Assembly: GCA_900543365.1 (NCBI GenBank) | Contig: UQRG01000001.1 | Span: 1-60,885, forward strand | DNA: 60,885 bases | Reading direction: 5' to 3' | Origin: an uncultured Eubacterium sp. | GTDB lineage: Bacteria; Bacillota; Clostridia; Lachnospirales; CAG-274 | Part shown: one piece after another, positions 18,604-26,650 of the stretch | Numbering within the stretch: the first letter of the stretch is position 1 | Layout of the letters: each line of letters begins with the position of its first letter | Made by a program: the position numbers and the translations under genes | Notes under the pieces: generated by a model | Database searches by the model: none | Seen by the model: only the letters and a program-made list of their open reading frames with translations | Told to the model about the DNA's origin: nothing

Positions 18604-19746
18604 ATGTTAAAAAAATTTATAGCAATCACATTATCCCTTACATTTGTTACCCCTGTTTTTGCAGAACCACCTGCCATAGATGCAAAATCATATATACTTA
18701 TGGAAGCATCAACTGGAACAATTTTATCAGAAAGCAATTCTGACGAGCCACTTCCCCCTGCCAGTGTCACAAAAATAATGACACTTTTATTAATATATGA
18801 TGCTGTTAATTCCGGTAAAATAAAATGGAACGATATGGTAACTGTGTCTGAACACGCAGCAAGTATGGGTGGCTCTCAAATTTTTCTGGAACCTAATGAA
18901 CAACAAAGTGTAGAAACTCTTACAAAATCTATTGCCATAGCATCAGCTAATGATGCTGCTGTTGCAATGGCTGAATTTATAGGTGGAAGTGAAGATAGCT
19001 TCGTTGCAATGATGAATGAAAAAGCCAAAAACCTTGGTATGAAAAATACAACATTTGTCAACGCTTGTGGTCTTGATACTGAAGGTCATAAAATGAGTGC
19101 AAAAGATATTGCCTTAATGAGCCGTGAACTTATAACAAAATATCCTGATGTGAAAAAATATACAACAACTTGGCAAGATACAATTACTCATACAACATCA
19201 AAAGGAACAACAGAATTTGGGCTAACTAATACCAATAAACTTATAAAATGGTATAAAGATGCTACTGGTTTAAAAACTGGTTCAACTGGTAAAGCACTTT
19301 ATTGTCTTTCCGGCACAGCATTAAGAGATGGTATGGAACTTATTGCTGTTGTTATGGCTGCACCAGACCCAAAAGTAAGATTTCAAACAGATATGAAACT
19401 TTTAGACTATGGTTTTGCCAACTATAAGCTTCAAAAAGGTAAAGATGTTGGTGAAATAGTTGGTGAAACTCCAGTTTACAAAGGAATGACAGATACCGTA
19501 AAAGGTGCTGTTGCCTCACCATTAAATATAGTAACACCAAAGGAAAATAAAGCTAAAATTGACTATAAAGTAGAATTTTCAAATGGTATAAATGCACCTG
19601 TAAAAAAAGGTGATAAAATAGGGGAAATAATATATTACAGCAATAATAAAGAAATTGCTAGATGTAATGTTGTTGCCAACAATGATGTTGATAAGGCAGG
19701 AATATATAAAAATATAGGCAGATTGCTTAAAATGTGGATATATTAA
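18604..19746 (+). CDS. D-alanyl-D-alanine carboxypeptidase (low-MW PBP, S11 family)
   Basis: Signal peptide, SxxK 'ASVTKIM', SxN 'IASANDAA', KTG 'LKTGST', and a C-terminal PBP5 beta domain. Confidence 0.9.
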   Translation: MLKKFIAITLSLTFVTPVFAEPPAIDAKSYILMEASTGTILSESNSDEPLPPASVTKIMTLLLIYDAVNSGKIKWNDMVTVSEHAASMGGSQIFLEPNEQQSVETLTKSIAIASANDAAVAMAEFIGGSEDSFVAMMNEKAKNLGMKNTTFVNACGLDTEGHKMSAKDIALMSRELITKYPDVKKYTTTWQDTITHTTSKGTTEFGLTNTNKLIKWYKDATGLKTGSTGKALYCLSGTALRDGMELIAVVMAAPDPKVRFQTDMKLLDYGFANYKLQKGKDVGEIVGETPVYKGMTDTVKGAVASPLNIVTPKENKAKIDYKVEFSNGINAPVKKGDKIGEIIYYSNNKEIARCNVVANNDVDKAGIYKNIGRLLKMWIY

Positions 19747-19754
19747 TATTAAAA

Positions 19755-19778
19755 GGAGGAGTACTAAAGTACCCCTCC
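19755..19778. terminator. Hairpin between convergent dac gene and clpB
   Basis: GGAGGAGTAC-TAAA-GTACCCCTCC (one mismatch). A T-run follows on the minus strand (the clpB side); an A-run follows on the plus side. Confidence 0.65.
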
Positions 19779-19819
19779 AAAAAAATACAATAAATGCAAC
19801 AATGTTTAAATATTATATT

Positions 19820-22423
19820 TTAGTTAACACTTGCAACTAATTCTCTACCATCATAATCAATATTAATAACATCATCTGGCTGCAAGTCACTAGCAATAAT
19901 CATCTTGCCAACAAGAGTTTCAACCTTAGATTGAATAAATCTTCTCAAAGGTCTAGCACCATAAATTGGGTCATAACCCCTATCAATAATATATTGTTTT
20001 GCAGCTTCAGTAACATCAATAGAAATCTGCTTGTGAGCAATTCTCTTGTTAAGGTCTTTAAGCATAAGGTCAACAATTGAACCAATTTCAGACTTTGCAA
20101 GTGGTTTATAAAATACAATCTCATCAAGTCTATTTAAAAACTCCGGTCTAAAACTAGTCTTAAGCAAGTTTTCAACCTGTGACTTAGCCTCATCACTAAT
20201 TGTATTATCTGGCTGTATTCCATCAAGTATAAAGCTAGAACCTAAATTAGAAGTAAGAATTATTATAGTATTCTTAAAGTCAACAGTTCTACCTTGTGAA
20301 TCAGTAATTCTACCATCATCAAGAACCTGTAAAAGAACATTAAATACATCTGGATGAGCCTTTTCAATTTCATCAAAAAGTACAACTGAATAAGGCTTTC
20401 TTCTAACAGCCTCTGTAAGTTGACCACCTTCTTCATAACCAACATATCCCGGAGGTGCACCAATTAATCTTGACACACTATACTTCTCCATATATTCGGA
20501 CATATCAATTCTGACAATATTTCTTTCATCATCAAATAAAGCCTCTGCAAGAGCCTTAGCAAGCTCTGTTTTACCAACACCAGTAGGACCTAAGAAAAGG
20601 AATGAACCAATAGGTCTGTCAGGATCCTGTATACCGGCTCTTGAACGGATAATAGCCTCGCATACCTTTTCAACAGCCTCATCTTGACCAATAACTCTTT
20701 TGTGAAGAATATCATCAAGATGAAGTAACTTCTGTCTTTCTCCCTCAACAAGTTTAGAAACAGGTATACCTGTCCATCTTGCCACAATTTTAGCAATTTC
20801 TTCTTCAGTTACTTTATCTCTTAATATTTTATTTTCCTTAGAACCATTGTCACTTTTGCTTTCTTCAACTTCAAGGTCTTTCTGAAGTTCTGGCAATTTA
20901 CCATATTTAAGTTTTGCAGCTTCATCAAGATTATAGTTTCTTTCAGCAATTTCAATCTGCTTAGTAACATCTTCAATTTGCTTTCTTAAATCCTGAACCT
21001 TGTTAATATCAGACATTTCATTTTCCCACTGAGCCTTCATTGCTGCAAATTGACTTCTGTATTCAGCAAGTTCTTTTTGAACATTTTCAAGCTGTTCTTT
21101 AGAAAGTTTATCATCTTCTTTCTTAAGTGCAGCCTCCTCAATTTCGTGCTGCATAATTTTTCTTCTAATTTCATCAAGTTCAGTAGGCATAGAATTCATT
21201 TCAGTTTTAATAGTAGCACAAGCCTCATCCACAAGGTCAATAGCCTTATCAGGTAAAAATCTGTCAGTAATATATCTATTAGAAAGTGTGGCAGCAGCAA
21301 TTAATGCTTGGTCGTGTATTTTAACACCGTGATAAACCTCGTATCTTTCCTTTAAACCTCTTAAAATGGAAATTGTATCTTCAACTGTAGGCTCATCTAC
21401 CATAACAGGCTGAAATCTTCTTTCAAGAGCAGCATCCTTTTCAATGTACTGTCTATACTCATTAAGAGTAGTAGCACCTATACAGTGAAGTTCTCCTCTT
21501 GCAAGCATAGGTTTAAGAAGATTACCAGCATCCATAGCACCTTGACCCTTACCAGCACCAACAATAGTATGAAGCTCATCTATAAACATAATAATTTTGC
21601 CTTCAGACTTTTTAACTTCCTGCAAAACTGCCTTTAATCTTTCCTCAAATTCACCTTGATATTTAGCACCAGCAATTAACGCACCCATATCAAGAGAGAA
21701 AATTCTTCTATCCTTAATGTTATCTGGAACATCACCCTTAACAATTCTTAAAGCAAGACCTTCAGCAATAGCAGTTTTACCAACACCAGGTTCACCAATA
21801 AGAACAGGGTTATTCTTAGTCTTTCTTGAAAGAATTCTTATTACATTTCTAATTTCACTATCTCTGCCAATAACAGGGTCAAGTTTACCTTTTTCAGCCA
21901 TAGAAACCAAATCCTGACCATACTTATTAAGTACATCATAAGTTGATTCCGGATTATCAGTAGTAACTCTTGTGTTACCCCTAACAAACTTTAAAGCAGT
22001 TAAAAATCTATCTTTGGTTACACTAAAGGTCTTAAATATTTCCTTAACCTTGCTGTCTGGATTTTGAATAAGACCAAGCATTAAATGTTCAACTGAAACA
22101 TAGTCATCACCCATTTTTGTTGCAGTTTTTTCTGCATCAGCAATAGCTTTGTCAAAGTCAGAAGAAACATACACCTTACCCTGCTCTCTTGAACTACCTC
22201 CAACCTTAGGGAAAGAGTCTATAGACTTTTTAACAGCAAGACCAAAACTACCAATATCAATACCCATCTTAATAAGAAGCTGGGCACAAACTCCACCATC
22301 TTGAGAAATCAAAGCATATAATAAATGGGACTGTTCAATTTGCTGATTACTATTTTCAACAGTCAGTGTTTGAGCAAGTTGAATAGCCTCCAATGATTTC
22401 TGTGTCATTTTGTTCATATTCAT
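19820..22423 (-). CDS. clpB: ATP-dependent chaperone/disaggregase ClpB
   Basis: Two AAA+ modules ('GEPGVGKTAI', 'GPTGVGKTEL'), a long coiled-coil middle domain, and an N-terminal Clp repeat. The track start 22441 is TTG. ATG 22423 lies 6 nt after GGGGAG. Confidence 0.96.
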   Translation of the reverse strand: MNMNKMTQKSLEAIQLAQTLTVENSNQQIEQSHLLYALISQDGGVCAQLLIKMGIDIGSFGLAVKKSIDSFPKVGGSSREQGKVYVSSDFDKAIADAEKTATKMGDDYVSVEHLMLGLIQNPDSKVKEIFKTFSVTKDRFLTALKFVRGNTRVTTDNPESTYDVLNKYGQDLVSMAEKGKLDPVIGRDSEIRNVIRILSRKTKNNPVLIGEPGVGKTAIAEGLALRIVKGDVPDNIKDRRIFSLDMGALIAGAKYQGEFEERLKAVLQEVKKSEGKIIMFIDELHTIVGAGKGQGAMDAGNLLKPMLARGELHCIGATTLNEYRQYIEKDAALERRFQPVMVDEPTVEDTISILRGLKERYEVYHGVKIHDQALIAAATLSNRYITDRFLPDKAIDLVDEACATIKTEMNSMPTELDEIRRKIMQHEIEEAALKKEDDKLSKEQLENVQKELAEYRSQFAAMKAQWENEMSDINKVQDLRKQIEDVTKQIEIAERNYNLDEAAKLKYGKLPELQKDLEVEESKSDNGSKENKILRDKVTEEEIAKIVARWTGIPVSKLVEGERQKLLHLDDILHKRVIGQDEAVEKVCEAIIRSRAGIQDPDRPIGSFLFLGPTGVGKTELAKALAEALFDDERNIVRIDMSEYMEKYSVSRLIGAPPGYVGYEEGGQLTEAVRRKPYSVVLFDEIEKAHPDVFNVLLQVLDDGRITDSQGRTVDFKNTIIILTSNLGSSFILDGIQPDNTISDEAKSQVENLLKTSFRPEFLNRLDEIVFYKPLAKSEIGSIVDLMLKDLNKRIAHKQISIDVTEAAKQYIIDRGYDPIYGARPLRRFIQSKVETLVGKMIIASDLQPDDVINIDYDGRELVASVN

Positions 22424-22513
22424 ATATAACTCCCCTTTCAATATAATATGTTAAAATATTAAATAACTTAAACGCTATAAATATGTTTTGCTATTTTTTT
22501 GTTAAATTATGTG

Positions 22514-23146
22514 CTATATTTTATAAACACACTTTTTCAAAAACTTAACATATTCCATCTCGATATTTTTAACACTTTCACCTGCAAAATACAACTTCAT
22601 TATTCTATCAAAACCAGTAATATATAATGAAATCATTTCTCCAATTTGATTTTCATCATACTTGTCACTAGGCAAATCAAGCTCTCTCACATATTTACCA
22701 CTGGATTTAGCATATTTTATTTCTCTATTAAGATATTTACTCTCCAAAGCGTTCCAGATATTAACAAAGTTATCAAGCTCCTGCAAAAGCACAGCATTTT
22801 GAGTTCTAAAAATAACTCTTAACTCGCCACTGGCAGAATTTCCATTTTTATTAAGAATAACAGAATACTTAACACTAGGATTATACTTATACTTAAAAGA
22901 ACTTTTAATCATAAGCGAAGTATCACCAGGAGTAGCCATTATTCTAAAAACATCTTGACCATTTATAATATCTTCAACTGTATCCAAAATATTTCTTATA
23001 TGCTGTTCTGGCGTGACATAAGCTACTTTTTCCGCCAAAATCTGATTAATCATATTTGAACGGTTAGTGCCTATTTTATATGCCAAAGCATCTACAGCCT
23101 CAACAACAGCATCATTTAAAACTATGCTGTAAACACTCTTACTCAC
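22514..23146 (-). CDS. Hypothetical protein with an N-terminal ribbon-helix-helix (CopG/Arc-like) domain
   Basis: GTG start preceded by GAGGTG. 'YSIVLNDAVVEAVDALAYKIGTNRSNMINQILAEKV' fits a beta-strand/helix/helix RHH pattern. I do not recognise the roughly 160-aa C-terminal domain. Confidence 0.6.
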   Translation of the reverse strand: MSKSVYSIVLNDAVVEAVDALAYKIGTNRSNMINQILAEKVAYVTPEQHIRNILDTVEDIINGQDVFRIMATPGDTSLMIKSSFKYKYNPSVKYSVILNKNGNSASGELRVIFRTQNAVLLQELDNFVNIWNALESKYLNREIKYAKSSGKYVRELDLPSDKYDENQIGEMISLYITGFDRIMKLYFAGESVKNIEMEYVKFLKKCVYKI

Positions 23147-23171
23147 AATCTATCACCTCATCTTTAACTAT

Positions 23172-23200
23172 ATTGTATCACTACTTTAATAATTTGTCAA
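23172..23200 (-). promoter_or_regulatory. Near-consensus sigma-A promoter for the RHH gene (possibly also clpB)
   Basis: Minus strand TTGACA (23200-23195), 17 nt, TGA-TACAAT (extended -10; TACAAT 23177-23172). Confidence 0.65.
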
Positions 23201-23240
23201 TTGTTTTATATAAATATTTTTACATTTTTAAACACACAAA

Positions 23241-23268
23241 CAAGGCACCGGAAAATCCGATGCCTTGT
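23241..23268 (-). terminator. Terminator of the feo operon
   Basis: CAAGGCA(C/T)CGGA-AAA-TCCGATGCCTTG hairpin (one mismatch), followed on the minus strand by TTTGTGTGTTT. Confidence 0.8.
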
Positions 23269-23304
23269 TTAGAAAAAGTGTATGTTTATAACTTATTAGA
23301 GCTA

Positions 23305-23451
23305 TTATTTCTTGTGGCAAATACCTGCACTTGCACAGCCTGAGCAACCACAGCCACAACCGCCTCCACCATTTTTCTTCTTTATTATCATACTCCTTAT
23401 AATAGAAGCAACTATTACAATCAATATAATACTTATAATTACAGTAGCCAT
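23305..23451 (-). CDS. FeoB-associated Cys-rich small membrane protein (48 aa)
   Basis: Below the ORF-track size cutoff. My translation is MATVIISIILIVIVASIIRSMIIKKKNGGGGCGCGCSGCASAGICHKK: one TM helix, a basic stretch and a Cys/Gly tail. It starts 44 nt after the feoB stop with an AAGGAGG RBS. It matches the known FeoB-associated Cys-rich family. Confidence 0.8.
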   Translation of the reverse strand: MATVIISIILIVIVASIIRSMIIKKKNGGGGCGCGCSGCASAGICHKK

Positions 23452-23494
23452 ATCAAAGCCTCCTTTTTAAGACTTATAAACAATTTAACTTATA

Positions 23495-25864
23495 CTAAGC
23501 TTCAATACTTAACTTACTCTTAAAGCTAGAACTTTCCTTATATGGTCTAAATAACATATAAAGAACCAATGCAATAACGACAAGTGAAGCGATAATACCA
23601 ATAATATTTGCCTGACCTAAAACAATGTTACCAATCTGATTAATAACAAGTGCTGTACAGTAAGCAAATACACACTGGTAACCAATAGCAAAGAATGTCC
23701 ACTTAGCTGAGTTCATTTCCCTCTTAATAGCACCAATTGCAGCAAAACAAGGGGCACAAAGAAGATTGAATACAAGGAAAGCATACCCAGCAACAGGAGT
23801 ATAAGCACTCTGTAAAGAACCCCAAACTTCAGCACCATCTTCAGCAACTTCAGCAAAACCATAAAGTACACCAAATGTACCAACAACATTTTCCTTAGCA
23901 ATAAGACCAGTTATACAAGCAACTGTTGCTTTCCAATCGCCAAAACCAAGTGGTCTGAAAATCCAAGCAAAAGCATTACCAATATTAGCAAGTAAACTCT
24001 GCTCCATATCAACAGCACCAAAACCATCAGCACCAAAGCCGTAACCTGATAAAAACCAAACTAAAATAGTTGCAAGTAATATGATTGTACCAGCCTTTTT
24101 AATAAATGACCAGCCTCTCTCCCACATACTTTTTAAGATATTATTTAATGTTGGCAAATGATAGGCTGGAAGTTCCATAACAAAAGGAGCAGGGTCACCA
24201 GCAAACATTCTGGTTTTCTTAAGCATAATACCTGAAATAATAATGGCACAAATGCCTACAAAGTAAGCACTAGGAGATACCCACCAAGCACCACCTAATA
24301 AAGCACCAGCAATAAGAGCAATAATTGGGAGCTTAGCACCACAAGGTATAAATGTAGTTGTCATAATAGTCATTTTTCTATCCCTATCATTTTCAATAGT
24401 TCTTGATGCCATAACACCAGGAACACCACATCCAGTACCAATTAACATAGGTATAAATGACTTACCAGATAGACCAAACTTTCTGAAAATCCTATCCATA
24501 ATAAATGCAACTCTTGCCATATAACCACAGGACTCAAGGAATGCAAGAAACGCAAAAAGTACAAGCATCTGAGGTACGAAACCAAGTACAGCACCTACAC
24601 CAGCAACAATACCGTCAAGAATAAGTGATGATAACCATTCAGCACAATCTACCTTTTCAAGGAAGTTGCCAACAATAACAGGTATACCATCTACCCACCA
24701 TCCATAATCAGCTGGATTAGGCTCTTGGATAGCCTCAGCTTTTTCAACAGTAGCATCATTAATTTCAACTGTTTCAATTGCATTTCCATCTTCATCAGTA
24801 ATATCAACTGTTGACTCACCAGCCTCCATAGCCTCTAAGATAGAACTTGCTCTTTCAAAGTCACCAACAGCATCTTCATAAGCCTCTGCACCGTGGTTAA
24901 GGAAAAAGAAACCGTCACCAAATAAATTATCATTAGTCCAGTCCGTTACCCAAGTACCTACTGTTGTAACAGAAATATAGTAAACAATAAACATTACTGC
25001 AGCAAAGATTGGAAGTGCTAAAAATCTATTTGTAACAACCTTATCAATCTTATCAGAAACAGTCATACCACCCTTATTCTTCTTTTTATAAGAACTCTTT
25101 AAAATTTCAGCTATGTAAATATATCTTTCATTAGTTATAATACTCTCACTATCGTCATCAAAGTGTTTTTCAACTTCATTCGTAATATTTTCAATTTGTT
25201 CTAATATTACAGAATCAAGGTTAAGCTGAGTTGCAACTTTATCATCTCTTTCAAATGCCTTAATAGCAAACCATCTCTGCTGTTCATCATTAATCTTACC
25301 CTTTAAAGCATCTTCAATATGAGCAATAGCGTGTTCCACTTCACTATTAAATGTATGCATTGGAATAGTCTTAGTTGACTTAGCAGCCTTAACAGCCTCA
25401 TTGGCAGCTTCTTTAATGCCAACACCCTTTAAAGCTGAAATTTCAACAACTTTACAACCAAGTTGCCTTGAAAGTTCCTCTATATTAATCTTGTCACCTG
25501 TTTTCTTAACAACATCCATCATATTGATAGCAATAACAACAGGAATACCAAGCTCTGTAAGCTGAGTTGTAAGATAAAGATTTCTCTCAAGATTAGTACC
25601 ATCAACAATATTTAAAATAGCGTCAGGTCTTTCATTAATAAGGTATGTTCTGGCAACAACCTCCTCAAGTGTATATGGAGATAAAGAATAAATACCAGGT
25701 AAATCCATAATAGTTACATCTTTATTGAACTTAAGTTTACCTTCCTTTTTCTCTACTGTAACACCTGGCCAGTTACCAACAAATTGATTAGAACCAGTTA
25801 AGGCATTAAACAAAGTTGTTTTACCAGAGTTTGGATTACCTGCCAATGCAATTTTAATGCTCAT
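23495..25864 (-). CDS. feoB: Ferrous iron transporter FeoB (long form, 789 aa)
   Basis: G-domain 'GNPNSGKTTLFNALTG', 'DLPGIYSL', 'NMMD', and a polytopic C-terminal permease. An acidic loop insertion of about 75 aa follows the first TM. Confidence 0.95.
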   Translation of the reverse strand: MSIKIALAGNPNSGKTTLFNALTGSNQFVGNWPGVTVEKKEGKLKFNKDVTIMDLPGIYSLSPYTLEEVVARTYLINERPDAILNIVDGTNLERNLYLTTQLTELGIPVVIAINMMDVVKKTGDKINIEELSRQLGCKVVEISALKGVGIKEAANEAVKAAKSTKTIPMHTFNSEVEHAIAHIEDALKGKINDEQQRWFAIKAFERDDKVATQLNLDSVILEQIENITNEVEKHFDDDSESIITNERYIYIAEILKSSYKKKNKGGMTVSDKIDKVVTNRFLALPIFAAVMFIVYYISVTTVGTWVTDWTNDNLFGDGFFFLNHGAEAYEDAVGDFERASSILEAMEAGESTVDITDEDGNAIETVEINDATVEKAEAIQEPNPADYGWWVDGIPVIVGNFLEKVDCAEWLSSLILDGIVAGVGAVLGFVPQMLVLFAFLAFLESCGYMARVAFIMDRIFRKFGLSGKSFIPMLIGTGCGVPGVMASRTIENDRDRKMTIMTTTFIPCGAKLPIIALIAGALLGGAWWVSPSAYFVGICAIIISGIMLKKTRMFAGDPAPFVMELPAYHLPTLNNILKSMWERGWSFIKKAGTIILLATILVWFLSGYGFGADGFGAVDMEQSLLANIGNAFAWIFRPLGFGDWKATVACITGLIAKENVVGTFGVLYGFAEVAEDGAEVWGSLQSAYTPVAGYAFLVFNLLCAPCFAAIGAIKREMNSAKWTFFAIGYQCVFAYCTALVINQIGNIVLGQANIIGIIASLVVIALVLYMLFRPYKESSSFKSKLSIEA

Positions 25865-25885
25865 TTTCTTTCCTCCTTAAATATA

Positions 25886-26113
25886 TTAGCAATTTTCAAC
25901 TTGAATCATTTCTGCATCAGCTTTTCTGAGAGAAAGTTCATAATTTCTTACATTAATCTCAACAGGGTCACCTAACGGTGCAACCTTACGAATATACAAT
26001 TCAACACCCTTAGTAATACCCATATCCATAATTCTTCTCTTAGTAGCTCCAAAGCCATCAATCTTAACTACTTTTAGAGTTTCTCCAACTTTAGCTTCCT
26101 TTAAAGTTTTCAT
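25886..26113 (-). CDS. feoA: FeoA-family protein
   Basis: 75 aa, SH3-like FeoA pattern 'GETLKVVKIDGFGATKRRIMDMGITKGVELYI'. Confidence 0.9.
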   Translation of the reverse strand: MKTLKEAKVGETLKVVKIDGFGATKRRIMDMGITKGVELYIRKVAPLGDPVEINVRNYELSLRKADAEMIQVENC

Positions 26114-26130
26114 AATTTCCTCCCTATAAC

Positions 26131-26343
26131 TTAAACCATAATTTTGTTAGCCATTTCTTTGCTTACTGCAACTCTTGACTCCTTAATATTAACAATAAGG
26201 TTCCCTGCCATTGTTGCTACAACTTTAACCTCGGCACCAACAACAAAGCCTAAACTTTCAAGAAACCTTTTAGTTTCTTCTTTACCGCCAACTTTCTTTA
26301 TAATACTATTTACTCCCGAATCACAAAAAGTTAAAGGCATCAT
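26131..26343 (-). CDS. feoA: FeoA-family protein (second copy)
   Basis: 'IIKKVGGKEETKRFLESLGFVVGAEVKVV'. The start is moved to ATG 26343, 7 nt after AAGGAG (26356-26351). Confidence 0.85.
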   Translation of the reverse strand: MMPLTFCDSGVNSIIKKVGGKEETKRFLESLGFVVGAEVKVVATMAGNLIVNIKESRVAVSKEMANKIMV

Positions 26344-26359
26344 ATAAAACCTCCTTGTC

Positions 26360-26395
26360 AATTAGACAATACTAATTATATTAGCAATCCCTAAC
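26360..26395. promoter_or_regulatory. Two adjacent ATTAG-N6-CTAA(T/C) inverted repeats just upstream of the feoA RBS
   Basis: AATTAGacaataCTAATT (26360-26377) and ATTAGcaatccCTAAC (26380-26395), read directly. Confidence 0.5.
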
Positions 26396-26490
26396 TATAT
26401 TCCCAAAAAAATAAGTTAGTTATTACTTATAATCTAAAACAACATTAATCAAGTTAGCGAACGCTATTTAAATTAAGCGCAACTACTCTG

Positions 26491-26506
26491 ATTAGCTTTC
26501 TCTAAC
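26491..26506. promoter_or_regulatory. Third ATTAG-N6-CTAAC repeat, overlapping the predicted feo transcription start
   Basis: ATTAGctttctCTAAC. It lies 9-24 nt downstream of the predicted -10. A degenerate fourth copy, GTTAGcgaacgCTATT, is at 26453-26468. Confidence 0.5.
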
Positions 26507-26514
26507 CTTAAGTT

Positions 26515-26543
26515 ATAATACAACATATATATTTTTTTGTCAA
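26515..26543 (-). promoter_or_regulatory. Sigma-A-type promoter of the feo operon
   Basis: Minus strand TTGACA (26543-26538), 17 nt, TATTAT (26520-26515). Confidence 0.55.
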
Positions 26544-26593
26544 GTGCTTTTTTGTTAAAAATATAAAAATTAGTACAAATTTAACCAAATAAA

Positions 26594-26632
26594 ATACTAA
26601 AGGCTGATACAAAATGTACCAGCCTTTAGTAT
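26594..26632 (-). terminator. Terminator after ileS
   Basis: Perfect 13-bp stem ATACTAAAGGCTG / CAGCCTTTAGTAT, with T-runs on both sides. It starts about 20 nt after the ileS stop. Confidence 0.85.
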
Positions 26633-26650
26633 TTTTATAAATAATTTAAT

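Noticed and set aside
19820-22513. CtsR (GGTCAAA direct repeat) or CIRCE operator for clpB; likewise for lon at 37773-37877.
   Set aside because: No such sequence occurs in either upstream region. Only generic sigma-A-like hexamers are present.
26343-26545. Classical Fur box or DtxR/IdeR box upstream of feoA.
   Set aside because: The best candidates (for example TAATATAATTAGTATTGTC) match the 19-bp Fur consensus poorly. TTAAGGTTAGAGAAAGCTAATC does not fit the DtxR 19-mer. The recurring motif actually present is ATTAG-N6-CTAAY.
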